Assembly (NCBI GenBank): GCA_963457525.1
Contig: OY734805.1
Location: 2,138,900-2,202,899 of the forward strand
From: Parvibaculaceae bacterium
Lineage (GTDB): Bacteria > Pseudomonadota > Alphaproteobacteria > JAPOUT01
Reading direction: 5' to 3'
Length of the DNA stretch: 64,000 bases
This document shows, piece by piece, positions 1 through 10,931 of the stretch; position 1 is the stretch's first letter; each line of letters starts with the position of its first letter. Made by a program: the position numbers and the translations under genes. The notes beneath the pieces are model-generated. The model did no database searches. It was given only the letters and a program-made list of their open reading frames with translations, and was not told the origin of the DNA.

Positions 1-255
1 CGGCGGCTCGGCATGCTTTTCATTTAGCGTTGGTGCGAGCGTGCGGATGATAATCCCGGTCGAGCAAAATGCGATTATCGGAACGCCGCGCGCAAACAGC
101 ACGGGCAGCACTTCCTTGATGCTCGAGAAATAACTATGCGCATCTGCGACACGGCCTTCGCGCGCGTATATCTCCGCATCCGGAAAAATTTGTAATAAAC
201 GCTGCGCCGTTGCCGCACCTTTCTGCGTTAGCGCAATCAAAGCCGGCGTCGTCAT
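1..255 (-). CDS. cbiG: Cobalamin biosynthesis protein CbiG-like, N-terminal part; the gene runs off the window start
   Basis: The minus-strand ATG at 255..253 overlaps the cbiL stop (ATGA). Translation reads MTTPALIALTQKGAATAQRLLQIFPDAEIYAREG...IIAFCSTGIIIRTLAP, which resembles the CbiG N-terminal domain, and it sits in a cbi operon. Confidence 0.5.
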   Translation of the reverse strand, partial: MTTPALIALTQKGAATAQRLLQIFPDAEIYAREGRVADAHSYFSSIKEVLPVLFARGVPIIAFCSTGIIIRTLAPTLNEKHAEPP

Positions 256-989
256 CACGCTTTTTTCTCCCACAAGCCGCGAGCGTCACCGTCTCGATGC
301 ACCAATATCATCGAAAAATACGGAGCGGCGTCCCCCTCGAACTTCCCCAACGGCAAAACCCGCTGCTTGTTCATTGTCGCATACTCCACATAACTCGCGT
401 TTTCCAACAGCCCCGCGCCGCGCAACATCTCCCGCAGTTTCCCAAGATGGCGCCCGACCTTAATCAACACGCAGGTTTCGCTTGTATGCAACGATTCCAG
501 CAAACGCGCCTCCGGCAAGCCCGCCGGCAGCACGCTCACGCGGTCATCCCGTGCGCACAAGGGCTTCCCCAGCGCCGCCGCACAGGCATTTATCGATGAA
601 ACCCCGGCGACCACCTCAACACGAAACTCCCGCACCATGCGTGCGAACAAATACATGAACGAGCCGTATAAAAACGGGTCGCCTTCGCACAACACGACAA
701 CATCCTTTCCTTCGCGCAAACGTTTGCCCAACAATGCCTCGGCCTGGTCATAGGCTTCTTGAGTCGGAAAACGCGTGATCTCTATCGGCATTCGCAAGGC
801 AATCTCCTCAAACGCATCACCGCGGGCATCCAGGTGCGGCGCGACTATCCGGCGCGTCAAACTCTCGCCGTGCTCCGGTGCCGGATACGCAATCACCGGA
901 GCTTGCTGCAGCAGCCCGAGAGCCTTTAGCGTTATCAATTGCGGGTCGCCCGGGCCGACGCCGATGCCGTACAGCGTTCCCCCGGTCAT
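255..989 (-). CDS. cbiL: Precorrin-2 / cobalt-precorrin-2 C20-methyltransferase
   Basis: 244 aa starting MTGGTLYGIGVGPGDPQLITLKA, the tetrapyrrole methylase fold signature. Both ends overlap neighbouring genes by 4 nt, as expected inside an operon. Confidence 0.85.
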   Translation of the reverse strand: MTGGTLYGIGVGPGDPQLITLKALGLLQQAPVIAYPAPEHGESLTRRIVAPHLDARGDAFEEIALRMPIEITRFPTQEAYDQAEALLGKRLREGKDVVVLCEGDPFLYGSFMYLFARMVREFRVEVVAGVSSINACAAALGKPLCARDDRVSVLPAGLPEARLLESLHTSETCVLIKVGRHLGKLREMLRGAGLLENASYVEYATMNKQRVLPLGKFEGDAAPYFSMILVHRDGDARGLWEKKA

Positions 990-2218
990 TTTTGCGCTCC
1001 GTTTTTACGCGCCGAGAATGTCACGATCGAGCGGAGCGGACGCCAGCCCTCCATGCTGCCAAGCGCGTCCAGCCGCTCGCAGCCGATGCGCAGCAACTCG
1101 CCTCCGGCTTCCCGGCGAAATTTCACCAGCGCCGCTTCGCCTTCCACCGAAACCGCATGCGCAACCATGCATCCTCCCGCACGCAACGAATTCCAACTTG
1201 CCGCCAGTACGCCGTCGGTGGAAACGCCCCCGCCGACAAAAATTGCATCCGGAGCCGGCAAGCCTTTGAGCGCCTCCGGTGCCGTTCCCGTGCAAATATC
1301 CAGCCCGGGAACACCGAAAACATCGCGGTTGGATTCAATCAAACGGCAGCGGTCCTCCCGCGCTTCAATTGCAATCGCGCGGTTGCCGTGATGCAGGCGC
1401 ATCCACTCCACGCTCAACGAACCGCTCCCCGCGCCGACATCCCACAGCAATGCTCCCGGGAGGCAGGCCAGGCGCGCAAGCGCCATCGCGCGAAGGTCCC
1501 GGCGGGTGATGTTCCCGTCATGGGCGAACAAATCGTCGGCAAGGCCGAAGAGGGCGGCATCGTCCCTGCCGCAGTGTTCGCCGACCTCGACGGCAACCAT
1601 ATTAAGGGAGGCGATGTCGGCGAGATTGAAACCTTCCGCGCTCGTTTCACGGATGCGTTCACGCTCGCCTCCCAAATGCTCCAGCACCCGCAGGTCACTC
1701 GATCCGTAGCCGCGTTCACACAGGAGTTTCGCCACCATCGCGGGCGTGTCGCCGTCGCGCGAAAGCAGAAGCAGCCGGGCGCGCGGGGCAATGTGCGCGT
1801 GCAAAAGATTCACCGGCCGATTATGCAGGCTTAGGCAAACCACTTCCTGCAAAGCCCAGCCCAGGCGGGCCGCCGCCCAGGAACGCGAAGAAACCCCGGG
1901 CAGCACGCAAAACTCCTCCTTGTCCAAATGAGTCGACAAAGACGCTCCCAGGCCGTGCCACATCGGATCCCCGCTCGCCAGCAAACAGACCGTTCCGTGC
2001 TTTTTGCGCGCTTGCTTTAGTCCCTCAAGCAATGATGTGATGTCGCCGCTCCAGGATTCGCCGCGCCGCGCCATCGAGTCCGGAAGCAGGCGCAATTGCC
2101 GCTCGGAACCGATGATGCACCCGGATTGCTCGACGACGTCTCTGGCGTGCGCGCTCAAGCCGTCCCAGCCGTCGTCGCCGATGCCGACAATCGTTAGCCA
2201 AACCTGCGATGCGGTCAT
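986..2218 (-). CDS. cbiET: Precorrin-6Y C5,15-methyltransferase (decarboxylating), fused CbiE/CbiT
   Basis: N-terminal methylase domain (TIVGIGDDGWDGL) and C-terminal SAM-methyltransferase domain (VLWDVGAGSGSLSVEW). The internal ATG at 2218 overlaps the cbiC stop as ATGA; the longer ORF to 2305 is probably an artefact. Confidence 0.8.
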   Translation of the reverse strand: MTASQVWLTIVGIGDDGWDGLSAHARDVVEQSGCIIGSERQLRLLPDSMARRGESWSGDITSLLEGLKQARKKHGTVCLLASGDPMWHGLGASLSTHLDKEEFCVLPGVSSRSWAAARLGWALQEVVCLSLHNRPVNLLHAHIAPRARLLLLSRDGDTPAMVAKLLCERGYGSSDLRVLEHLGGERERIRETSAEGFNLADIASLNMVAVEVGEHCGRDDAALFGLADDLFAHDGNITRRDLRAMALARLACLPGALLWDVGAGSGSLSVEWMRLHHGNRAIAIEAREDRCRLIESNRDVFGVPGLDICTGTAPEALKGLPAPDAIFVGGGVSTDGVLAASWNSLRAGGCMVAHAVSVEGEAALVKFRREAGGELLRIGCERLDALGSMEGWRPLRSIVTFSARKNGAQK

Positions 2219-2847
2219 GTTGTTGATGCCTTCGGCGGGTTCGCCAGGGCGTTCACCGCCGCCGCCGCCAGCGCGCTGCCGCCAAAACGTCCCAGCAGGC
2301 TGCAAAAAGGAAAATCGCCCTCGCTTTCGACCAGGGCCTGCTTCGATTCCGCCGCGCCGACAAAGCCGATTGGAAACGCCAGCAATAATGCAGGGGGCTT
2401 GATGCCTTCCTCGATAAGTTCAAGCAGTTGAAACAAAGCGGTCGGTGCGTTGCCGAAAACAACAATCGAGCCGCCGATGCGCTCCCGCCAGAGGCGCACA
2501 CCCGCCGCCGAGCGCGTTATATGCTCCCGGAGGGCAAGGGCGTCGCAGCCGCCGGCATCAAGAAAACAATCGATGCGGGAGTGTTGCGCATGGGAGATTC
2601 CGCTCGCGGCCATGCGGCAGTCGGTGAGTATCGGCGCGCCTCTTGAGAGCAGTTCGTTCCCGATTGCGCCGACGTTGCCGCGCCATGCCAGACGGTCGAC
2701 GATTTCCGGCATTGCACACGCATGAACCAGGCGCAACGCGACGCCGTGAAGGTCGGCGGGCAGGCGGGCGAGATCGCACGCCTGGGAAACCTGCGCGAAA
2801 GAGCGGCGCAATATCTCCTCGGGCGCGCGCGTATACGAGAATTTCAT
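2215..2847 (-). CDS. cbiC: Precorrin-8X / cobalt-precorrin-8 methylmutase
   Basis: 210 aa of CbiC/CobH size with N-terminus MKFSYTRAPEEILRRSF; operon context. Confidence 0.8.
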   Translation of the reverse strand: MKFSYTRAPEEILRRSFAQVSQACDLARLPADLHGVALRLVHACAMPEIVDRLAWRGNVGAIGNELLSRGAPILTDCRMAASGISHAQHSRIDCFLDAGGCDALALREHITRSAAGVRLWRERIGGSIVVFGNAPTALFQLLELIEEGIKPPALLLAFPIGFVGAAESKQALVESEGDFPFCSLLGRFGGSALAAAAVNALANPPKASTT

Positions 2848-3812
2848 TCCTTCTTCAGGCTTGCGGGTCCGAGAGGGTGGTCGGCGTGAGGGTAGGCGGG
2901 GCGGTGCGAATGGTCGTGATCATGCGTGTGTGCATGCGCACCGGTGCCGATACCCTCGACATGATGATGGTGACTCTCCTGCGGCAGTCCGACTTCCGCC
3001 TCAAAACCCGGCATGCCTTCGCGGTATTTGCACAGCTGGCAGTTCATGGCATTGTCGCCGCTGTCGACCTCCTGCGCGCGCTCGAGAAACGTTTGCAAGA
3101 TAAGCGGATGGTCCGAAAAATATTTCGCCTTGACGAATTCAACACCGGGATGCGCACGTGCGGCTTCATCCACCGCCGCGTAAATCCGCTTGACCAAAAC
3201 GCCGGTGAACAAAAACCACGGGAATATCACGATGCGCTTGAAGCCCATGCGAGCGGCGTGATCAAGCGCCGGCGCGGTCAACGGGAAAGTTACGCCGGAG
3301 TAGCAAACTTCGCCCCAGCCCAGCCCCAGGCCCTCCCACAGCAGACGCATCACCTTCGAGACGTTTGCGTTGGCATCCGGATCAGACGCCCCGCGGCCGG
3401 CCAAAAGCAGCAGCGTCTCCTCGCGGGGGATGTGACCGCCGGCACCCTCCAAGGCGTCCGCAATGCGTCCGCTTGCCGCCTGCAGCAGGGCGGGCGTGAC
3501 GCCCAACTCCCGGCCGTAACGGATATTGATGCCGTTATGCGCCCGGTAATCGTTCAACAGGGCGGGAATGTCGTTCTTGGCATGCGCGGCGGCAAACAAC
3601 ATTGCGGGCAACGCAACGACATCCTTGTTGCCGCGTTGGCGCAGGGCGTCCAGGCCTTCGCCGATCGTCGGGCGCGCAAACTCCAAAAACCCGCTGTCCA
3701 CATCATGTTCGGGAAGCAGGCGTTTCAACCCGTCCTGCAAAGTGTGAAACTCGCGCACCGCATCCTCGTCACGACTCCCGTGTCCGCAAATCATTATCCC
3801 GGGCTTACCCAT
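2844..3812 (-). CDS. cbiX: Sirohydrochlorin cobaltochelatase CbiX, long form with a His-rich C-terminal tail
   Basis: Starts MGKPGIMICGHGSRD (CbiX motif). The C-terminus HHHHVEGIGTGAHAHTHDHDHSH is His-rich, and an NCQLCKYREG segment looks like an Fe-S motif. GGAGAGAG lies upstream of the ATG at 3812. Confidence 0.8.
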   Translation of the reverse strand: MGKPGIMICGHGSRDEDAVREFHTLQDGLKRLLPEHDVDSGFLEFARPTIGEGLDALRQRGNKDVVALPAMLFAAAHAKNDIPALLNDYRAHNGINIRYGRELGVTPALLQAASGRIADALEGAGGHIPREETLLLLAGRGASDPDANANVSKVMRLLWEGLGLGWGEVCYSGVTFPLTAPALDHAARMGFKRIVIFPWFLFTGVLVKRIYAAVDEAARAHPGVEFVKAKYFSDHPLILQTFLERAQEVDSGDNAMNCQLCKYREGMPGFEAEVGLPQESHHHHVEGIGTGAHAHTHDHDHSHRPAYPHADHPLGPASLKKE

Positions 3813-3942
3813 GGGCTCTCTCCGTTGTTGCAAGGGAGGGCAGTGTAGCACGGCACGAAAAGAGTCGGAAAACAAATTGAAACATCTTCCGCGTTTGCGG
3901 AGGGCGGACACCGCTCCCGGCCCGCCCGGAACGCCGAAACGC

Positions 3943-6870
3943 TCAACGGGCTTTTTGCCGTTTCTTCGAAGCCGCCTTCACCTTTGTTGCCGCCTTCGGT
4001 TTCGTGCTTCCGCGGCGTTTTAACATTGTCCGTAAAAAATGACCCGTGTGGCTGGCCTTCACCTTTGCAACCTCCTCGGGCGTGCCGCTTGCAACTATCC
4101 GCCCGCCGCCGTCTCCGCCCTCGGGGCCCAGGTCTATAATCCAGTCCGCCGTTTTAATGACTTCAAGATTGTGCTCAATCACAACGACGCTGTTTCCGGT
4201 CTCCACCAGCGCATGCAGAACTTCCAGCAGTTTTGCGACATCGTGAAAATGCAGCCCGGTTGTCGGCTCGTCCAGAATATACAACGTGCGCCCGGTTGCA
4301 CGGCGCGACAATTCCTTTGCCAGTTTAATCCGCTGCGCTTCGCCTCCCGATAACGTCGTTGCCTGCTGGCCCAGACGCATATACTCCAAACCGACACGCG
4401 CCAGCGTTTCCATTTTGTCGCGCACGGCGGGCACGGCCTTAAAAAACTCGCGGGCCTCCTCAACGCTCATGTCGAGAACATCGGCGATGCTCTTGCCCCG
4501 AAACAGCACCTCCAAAGTTTCGCGGTTGTAACGCTTGCCGCGGCAGCTGTCGCAAGTGACGTAGATATCCGGCAGAAAGTGCATCTCAATGCGGATGAGG
4601 CCGTCCCCCTGGCACTCCTCGCAGCGCCCGCCCGACACATTGAAAGAGAAACGCCCGGGTTTGTATCCGCGCGCGCGCGCCTCGGGAAGCTCGGCAAACC
4701 ACTCGCGAATCGGCGTGAACGCGCCCGTGTAAGTCGCCGGATTCGAGCGGGGGGTTCTTCCTATCGGCGACTGGTTGATGTCAATGACTTTGTCGATATG
4801 GTCAAGCCCCTCGATCTTCTCGTAAGGGGCGGGTCGCTCGCGCGCGCCGTGAAGATTTCGAACCGTCGCGCGGTAGAGCGTATCGAGCAGCAGCGTTGAT
4901 TTGCCTCCGCCCGAGACCCCCGTTACGCAAGTGAACAATCCCAACGGCAGGGAGACATTGAGGTTTTGCAAATTGTTTCCGCTCGCGCCGGTGATGCGAA
5001 GAATTCGCTTGGGATTGCTTCTGCGGCGCAAGGCGGGCAGGGGAATGCTTTTGCGCCCGGAGAGATATTGCCCGGTGAGGCTTTTGCGGCTTCTCATAAT
5101 CACGGCGGGGCTGCCTTGCGCGACAATCTCGCCGCCGTGAACGCCCGCGCCCGGCCCCATCTCCAGGATATGGTCCGCGGCAAGGATCGCTTCCTCGTCA
5201 TGCTCAACGACAATCACGGTGTTGTCCAGCGCGCATAGACGGCGGAGCGTGCGAAGCAAACGGGCGTTGTCACGCTGGTGAAGCCCGATGGAAGGCTCGT
5301 CCAGCACATACAGCACGCCGGTCAAACCCGAGCCTATCTGCGAAGCCAGGCGAATGCGCTGCGATTCCCCTCCCGAGAGCGTCGCCGAGGAGCGCGACAG
5401 GCTCAGATATTCCAGGCCGACATCGTCCAGGAACTGCAGGCGGTCGCATATCTCCTTGAGAATGCGCGCGGCTATCTCGCGCCGGTTGCCCCGCAGGCGC
5501 GCATCAAGCCCCTCGAACCACTCGCGGGCGTCGCGGATGGAAAAACGCGCAACTTCCCCGATGTGCAGCCCCTCCACCTTCACCGCCAGCGCCTCCGGCT
5601 TGAGACGAAAGCCCGTGCACGCCGAGCATTCCGTCGTAGTCTGGTATTGTTCGATTTCCTCGCGCGCCCACGAAGAGTCCGTCTCGCGGTAACGGCGCTC
5701 AAGATGCGGCACAAGCCCTTCGAATGGTTTCTTCTTTATGTGTTTACGCCTGCCGTCGGTGTAGACGAACTCAATTTCGTCATTGCCGCTGCCGTTCAAT
5801 ACAACCGAGCGCATCTTTTTCGACAGACGTTTCCACGGCGTATCCATCGAGGCTTTGTAACGGCGCACGAGAGCCTCAAGGGTTTGCAAGTAATAGGGCG
5901 AGGATGAGCGGGACCACGGCGCAACGGCCCCGTCGCGCAACGACAGATTCGCGTCGGGGACGACCAAGTCCGGGTCAATGCGATACATTACGCCCAGCCC
6001 GCTGCAGGACGGGCATGCTCCGAAAGGGCTGTTATACGAAAACAGGCGCGGCTCGATCTCTTCAATGGTGAAGCCCGAAACCGGACAGGCAAAGCGGGAC
6101 GAAAACAAAAGCTTCTCGCCGACGCTTGCGCCGCTTTTATCAAGGCTTTCCACCAGCGCGATGCCGTCGGCGAGGCGCAGGGTGGTTTCGAGAGAATCCG
6201 CCAAGCGCCCGCCGGCGTCCTTGTCCAGCACCAGCCGGTCGATGACGACCTCAATGTCATGCTTGAAGTTTTTATTCAGCGTCGGCGGCGACTCCAATTC
6301 GTACAACGTTCCATCCACGCGGACACGACGGAATCCCCGTTTGCGCAGTTCGGCGAATTCCTTGCGGTACTCCCCTTTGCGTCCGCGTGCAATCGGGGCG
6401 AGCAGATACAGACGCGACCCTTTTGGCAGCGCAAGCACGCGGTCGACCATCTCGCTCACGCTTTGGCTTTCGATGGGGAGGCCCGTCGCCGGCGAGTGGG
6501 GGATGCCGATGCGGGCATACAAGAGGCGCATGTAGTCGTGGATTTCGGTGACGGTGCCGACGGTTGAGCGCGGATTCCTGGAGCCGGTCTTTTGCTCGAT
6601 GGATATCGCCGGCGAGAGCCCCTCAATGCTCTCGACATCCGGCTTGCCCATGACCTCGAGAAACTGCCGCGCGTATGCCGAGAGGCTCTCGACATATCGA
6701 CGCTGTCCCTCGGCATAAAGGGTGTCGAACGCCAGCGACGACTTCCCCGAGCCCGATATGCCCGTTACCAGCACCAGACGATTGCGGGGGATGTCCACGC
6801 TGACATTTTTGAGGTTGTGTTCCTTGGCGTGGAGGATGCGTATCGCCTTGGTCTGTGATTTGGCAGGCAT
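3943..6870 (-). CDS. uvrA: Excinuclease ABC subunit A
   Basis: 975 aa with duplicated ABC ATPase modules ([33 protein letters not shown]), zinc-finger cysteines and the LSGGE signatures. Confidence 0.95.
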   Translation of the reverse strand: MPAKSQTKAIRILHAKEHNLKNVSVDIPRNRLVLVTGISGSGKSSLAFDTLYAEGQRRYVESLSAYARQFLEVMGKPDVESIEGLSPAISIEQKTGSRNPRSTVGTVTEIHDYMRLLYARIGIPHSPATGLPIESQSVSEMVDRVLALPKGSRLYLLAPIARGRKGEYRKEFAELRKRGFRRVRVDGTLYELESPPTLNKNFKHDIEVVIDRLVLDKDAGGRLADSLETTLRLADGIALVESLDKSGASVGEKLLFSSRFACPVSGFTIEEIEPRLFSYNSPFGACPSCSGLGVMYRIDPDLVVPDANLSLRDGAVAPWSRSSSPYYLQTLEALVRRYKASMDTPWKRLSKKMRSVVLNGSGNDEIEFVYTDGRRKHIKKKPFEGLVPHLERRYRETDSSWAREEIEQYQTTTECSACTGFRLKPEALAVKVEGLHIGEVARFSIRDAREWFEGLDARLRGNRREIAARILKEICDRLQFLDDVGLEYLSLSRSSATLSGGESQRIRLASQIGSGLTGVLYVLDEPSIGLHQRDNARLLRTLRRLCALDNTVIVVEHDEEAILAADHILEMGPGAGVHGGEIVAQGSPAVIMRSRKSLTGQYLSGRKSIPLPALRRRSNPKRILRITGASGNNLQNLNVSLPLGLFTCVTGVSGGGKSTLLLDTLYRATVRNLHGARERPAPYEKIEGLDHIDKVIDINQSPIGRTPRSNPATYTGAFTPIREWFAELPEARARGYKPGRFSFNVSGGRCEECQGDGLIRIEMHFLPDIYVTCDSCRGKRYNRETLEVLFRGKSIADVLDMSVEEAREFFKAVPAVRDKMETLARVGLEYMRLGQQATTLSGGEAQRIKLAKELSRRATGRTLYILDEPTTGLHFHDVAKLLEVLHALVETGNSVVVIEHNLEVIKTADWIIDLGPEGGDGGGRIVASGTPEEVAKVKASHTGHFLRTMLKRRGSTKPKAATKVKAASKKRQKAR

Positions 6871-7132
6871 GGGGTAGGCTCAAGGCGCGTAAAAGAAAAA
6901 TAAACTCGCCGCAGAATAGCCCCTCTTGCGCGGTTTGAGAAGCCCCTTGCGGTCATTGGAGGCAAGCACGGCATATCGCACGGGACAATCCGCCCCGATT
7001 GGATTCCCGCTTAAAAAGGGAAAAATAACGAATTTGGACGCCGCGAAAATTCCTTGAATTTCCCCTAGCGCTTTCTTGTAAATTGTTGTAGGCTGGCCTC
7101 CGTAGTTTAATCGTACAAAGCGAGGGAGTATC

Positions 7133-7618
7133 ATGGCTGGCAGTGTTAACAAAGTTCTTCTCATCGGCAATTTGGGCGCCGACCCCGAGATTCGTCACAC
7201 GCAAGACGGCAATCCGGTTTGCAATCTTCGGGTTGCCACCTCGGAGACGTGGCGCGACCGCAACACCGGCGACCGCCGCGAGCGAACCGAATGGCATCGC
7301 GTCGTCATCTTCTCCGAGCCGCTGTGCAAGATCGCCGAGCAATATCTTCGCAAGGGATCAAAAGTTTATCTCGAAGGGCAATTGCAAACACGAAAGTGGC
7401 AGGACCAGTCCGGACAGGACAGATACAGCACCGAAGTTGTCTTGCAACGTTTCAACTCCAACTTGACGCTTCTCGACCGCCGTGATTCCGGCGGCGGTGA
7501 CGGCGGCGGCGGAGGGGGCGGCGGCGAGGCCGGTTCAAGCTCGAGCGGAGGCGGCGAAGGAAGCGGCGGCTCGGCCAAGGGCGGCGGCGGCGATCTTGAC
7601 GATGATATTCCCTTTTAA
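7133..7618 (+). CDS. ssb: Single-stranded DNA-binding protein
   Basis: OB-fold N-terminus [21 protein letters not shown], a Gly-rich linker and the acidic tail DLDDDIPF. It is divergent from uvrA, the classic arrangement. Confidence 0.95.
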   Translation: MAGSVNKVLLIGNLGADPEIRHTQDGNPVCNLRVATSETWRDRNTGDRRERTEWHRVVIFSEPLCKIAEQYLRKGSKVYLEGQLQTRKWQDQSGQDRYSTEVVLQRFNSNLTLLDRRDSGGGDGGGGGGGGEAGSSSSGGGEGSGGSAKGGGGDLDDDIPF

Positions 7619-7643
7619 ATAATGCCGCGATTGCAAACGCCAC

Positions 7644-10376
7644 ATGACTGACAAGCCCACGACGCCTTCCAGCGAACAGATAGTCTCCATCGCCCTCGAA
7701 GAGGAGATGCGCTCGTCGTATCTCGATTACGCTATGAGCGTGATTGTCGCGCGGGCGCTGCCGGATGTTCGCGACGGACTTAAACCCGTGCACCGGCGCA
7801 TCCTGTTCTCCATGCACGAGAACAATTATGCGTGGAACAAGCCTTATCGCAAATCCGCGCGCATCGTCGGTGAGGTCATGGGTAAATACCACCCGCACGG
7901 CGACCAGGCCATCTACGACGCCCTCGCGCGGATGGCCCAGGATTTCTCCATGCGGCTGCCGTTGCTGGACGGACAGGGAAATTTCGGCTCCGTCGACGGC
8001 GACCCGCCCGCGGCGATGCGGTATACGGAAATCCGGATGGGGCGCTCGGCCCACGCGCTGCTGACCGATATTGACAAGGAAACGGTCGATTTCCGTGACA
8101 ACTATGACAGTTCCGAGCAAGAGCCGACGATTTTGCCGGCGGAGTTTCCCAATCTGCTGGTGAACGGTTCCGGCGGAATCGCGGTCGGAATGCGGACCAA
8201 CGTCCCGCCGCACAATCTGGGCGAAGTCATCGATGCCTGTTTGCGCCTGCTGAACAACGCCGACACCTCCCTTGAGGAGTTGATGCAATTGGTTCCCGGT
8301 CCCGACTTTCCCACCGGCGGAGTCGTTATCGACCAAGGCGACCGGCGCGCGCCCTATCGGACCGGCAGCGGAATTATTCGCGTGCGGGGAAAAGTTGAGG
8401 TCACCACCGGGCGCGGCAAGAACCCGGCGCTCATCATCACCGAAATTCCCTACCAGGTTAACAAGTCCGAAATGCTCGAGAAGATTTCCGCCATGGCGAG
8501 CGGCAAGCAGGGCGAGCGGCGCATCCAGGGGATTTCGGGGATGCGCGACGAATCCAACCGCGAGGGAATTCGCGTGGTGATAGAGTTGCGCAAGGATGCA
8601 GAGCCCGAGGTCGTCTTGAACCAGCTGTATCGCTACACGCCGCTGCAAAACAGTTTCTCCGTAAGCATGCTGGCGCTGAACGAGGGGCGTCCGGAGTTGA
8701 TGAATCTCAAGGAGATTCTGGAAGCCTTTTTGAAATTCCGCAAAGAAGTTGTCGCGCGTCGAACCCGCTTCCAGCTCCGGCGCGCCCGCGAGCGCGCGCA
8801 CATACTTGTCGGCCTGGCAATTACGGTGGCCAACATTGACGAGGTTGTAAAGATGATACGCGCCTCGGCAAATCCGGCCGAAGCGCGCACGAAACTAATG
8901 GCGCGTGACTGGCCCGCCAAGCAAGTCATCGACTTGATTAACCTTGTTGATGATCCCGACTACGCCATTTCGAAGAAGAACACCTGCAGGCTTTCCGAGA
9001 CTCAAGCACGGGCAATTTTGGATTTACGGCTGCAGCGTCTCACGGCCCTCGGACGCGAGGAGATTGCCGAAGAGATCAACGAATTGGTCAAGAAGATTAA
9101 GCAATATCTCTCCATCCTCGGCGATTCGAAGAAATTGTTGAAGATTGTGCGCGACGAACTCTCCGTGATGCGCGAGGAGTTTGCCACGCCGAGACGCTCC
9201 GAAGTGACGCAGATTGAGACCGATTTCAACGATGAAGATCTGATTCGCCAGGAGGAGATGGTGGTGACGGTCTCGCACCGAGGATATATCAAGCGGGTGC
9301 CTCTTTCCACCTACCGGGCGCAAAAGCGCGGCGGCAAGGGACGCTCGGGCATGAACATCAAGGATGAGGATTTTGTCGAACGCATTTTCTCCGCCTCAAC
9401 ACACACGCCCATGCTCTTCTTCACTTCGCGCGGCATCGTCTACAAGATGAAAGTTTGGAGACTGCCGCAGGGGGCGCCGCAGTCACGGGGCAAGGCGATG
9501 GTGAATATCTTTCCTCTGGAAGCCGAGGAGAGCGTTACCTCGATTATGGAACTTCCGGAATCGGATTCCGAATCCGTCGCCGATACCGATGTGATGTTTG
9601 CAACCCGCCTCGGCAATGTCCGGCGCAACAAGTTGAAAGATTTCATCCAAGTCCATCGCGGCGGCAAAATTGCGATGAAGCTTCCCAAGGATGACGCCAT
9701 TGTTGCGGTTGCCACCTGTGAACCGGATGAGGATGTCATGCTCGCTACCGCGAAAGGACGATGCATCCGCTTTCCTGTCGACAGCATCCGGGTTTTTGCC
9801 GGACGTGCATCGAAGGGCGTTCGAGGCATTCGACTCGATAAAGACGATAAAGTCATCTCCATGTCCATCCTCAAGCACATTGACGCAACTCCGGAAGAAC
9901 GTGACGCCTTCCTCCGCCAGGCCGGAAAAGGCAGAGGCAAAGACGAGTCCGTGGGCGAGGGCAAGGTCAAAAAGCTTTCCAAGCAGCGTTTCGAGGAACT
10001 TGAGGCGCTGGAACAGTTTATCCTGACGGCAAGCGCAAACGGTTTCGGCAAGCGCACTTCTTCGATTAGTTATCTCACCAAAAACCGCGGCGGCAAGGGA
10101 ATTATCTCCATGGAACTCACCAAGCGCAATGACGAGATGATTTCCTCTTTTCCGATTACCGAGGATGATCAAATTATGCTCATCAGCAACGGCGGCCAGT
10201 TGATTCGCTGCGGCATCAAGGACGTGCGCATTGCCGGGCGCAACACGAAGGGAGTTACGCTGTTTCGGTTAGGCAAGGGCGAGAAGGTCGTTTCGGTCGC
10301 CCAAGTTGACGAAACCGACAACGGCGGCGAGGACGACGAAAACGACGTATCGGATACCCCTGAACCCGCCGCATGA
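7644..10376 (+). CDS. gyrA: DNA gyrase subunit A
   Basis: 910 aa. N-terminus ...YLDYAMSVIVARALPDVRDGLKPVHRRIL; the region resembling the quinolone-resistance-determining region reads HPHGDQAIYDALARMAQDF; C-terminal beta-pinwheel repeats follow. Confidence 0.95.
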   Translation: MTDKPTTPSSEQIVSIALEEEMRSSYLDYAMSVIVARALPDVRDGLKPVHRRILFSMHENNYAWNKPYRKSARIVGEVMGKYHPHGDQAIYDALARMAQDFSMRLPLLDGQGNFGSVDGDPPAAMRYTEIRMGRSAHALLTDIDKETVDFRDNYDSSEQEPTILPAEFPNLLVNGSGGIAVGMRTNVPPHNLGEVIDACLRLLNNADTSLEELMQLVPGPDFPTGGVVIDQGDRRAPYRTGSGIIRVRGKVEVTTGRGKNPALIITEIPYQVNKSEMLEKISAMASGKQGERRIQGISGMRDESNREGIRVVIELRKDAEPEVVLNQLYRYTPLQNSFSVSMLALNEGRPELMNLKEILEAFLKFRKEVVARRTRFQLRRARERAHILVGLAITVANIDEVVKMIRASANPAEARTKLMARDWPAKQVIDLINLVDDPDYAISKKNTCRLSETQARAILDLRLQRLTALGREEIAEEINELVKKIKQYLSILGDSKKLLKIVRDELSVMREEFATPRRSEVTQIETDFNDEDLIRQEEMVVTVSHRGYIKRVPLSTYRAQKRGGKGRSGMNIKDEDFVERIFSASTHTPMLFFTSRGIVYKMKVWRLPQGAPQSRGKAMVNIFPLEAEESVTSIMELPESDSESVADTDVMFATRLGNVRRNKLKDFIQVHRGGKIAMKLPKDDAIVAVATCEPDEDVMLATAKGRCIRFPVDSIRVFAGRASKGVRGIRLDKDDKVISMSILKHIDATPEERDAFLRQAGKGRGKDESVGEGKVKKLSKQRFEELEALEQFILTASANGFGKRTSSISYLTKNRGGKGIISMELTKRNDEMISSFPITEDDQIMLISNGGQLIRCGIKDVRIAGRNTKGVTLFRLGKGEKVVSVAQVDETDNGGEDDENDVSDTPEPAA

Positions 10377-10888
10377 AAATAGCGACGCTGCTTTACCCCG
10401 GCACTTTCGATCCCATTACGAACGGACATGTAGATATTTTGCGGCGCGCCTGTTCGCTGGCGGACAAGATTGTTGTCGCAGTCGCGTCAAGCGAGGAAAA
10501 AGGCGCGCTGTTTTCCCAAGATGAACGCCTTGAGATGGTTCGCATGGAGACAAAGCGCCTCAGCGATGAAACCGGCGCCGCCATCGAGGCCGTGCCCTTT
10601 GACGGGCTGTTGGTGGAGTTTGTCGCCGAAATCGGCGCGGACGCGATTCTTCGAGGCCTCCGCGGCGGCGATGAATATGCCTACGAGTCCCGCATGGCGG
10701 TGATGAACCGGATGTTGCGGGGCGTGGAAACCATCTTCCTGCCCGCATCCGGAGAAACGGCGTTTTTGTCATCGAGTCTGGTTCGGCAGATTCACGCGAT
10801 GGGAAGGGATGTGGGCGCGTTTGTCTCGCCCGCCGTCCGGGAGCGTATGGCCCGGATGCGCTCGAATGTATCGACCTCCCCTGAATGA
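10373..10888 (+). CDS. coaD: Phosphopantetheine adenylyltransferase
   Basis: MKIATLLYPGTFDPITNGHVDIL, the nucleotidyltransferase motif; 171 aa. Confidence 0.9.
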   Translation: MKIATLLYPGTFDPITNGHVDILRRACSLADKIVVAVASSEEKGALFSQDERLEMVRMETKRLSDETGAAIEAVPFDGLLVEFVAEIGADAILRGLRGGDEYAYESRMAVMNRMLRGVETIFLPASGETAFLSSSLVRQIHAMGRDVGAFVSPAVRERMARMRSNVSTSPE

Positions 10889-10931
10889 CATGCTAGACTG
10901 CCATCATCGAAACCAATCTCAGGAGAGAATC

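Noticed and set aside
3813-3942. Cobalamin riboswitch upstream of cbiX
   Set aside because: The 130-nt uvrA-cbiX spacer contains only weak GGGAG/GGTG fragments and no B12 box; it is too short and divergent to call.
6871-7132. Possible LexA (SOS) box between the divergent uvrA and ssb genes
   Set aside because: Neither the alphaproteobacterial GTTC-N7-GTTC/GAAC-N7-GAAC nor the CTGT-N8-ACAG motif could be found by eye, so no operator is called.
7490-7600. GGC-rich microsatellite-like tract
   Set aside because: It is the coding sequence for the Gly-rich flexible linker of SSB ([12 protein letters not shown]...). It is not a CRISPR array or an independent repeat element.
7452-8801. 449-aa minus-strand ORF antisense to gyrA, and similar long antisense ORFs such as 878..1834, 2643..3848 and 41481..42530
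   Set aside because: These are typical high-GC antisense open frames with Arg/Ala/Pro-rich translations and no motifs. The opposite strand carries unambiguous conserved genes.
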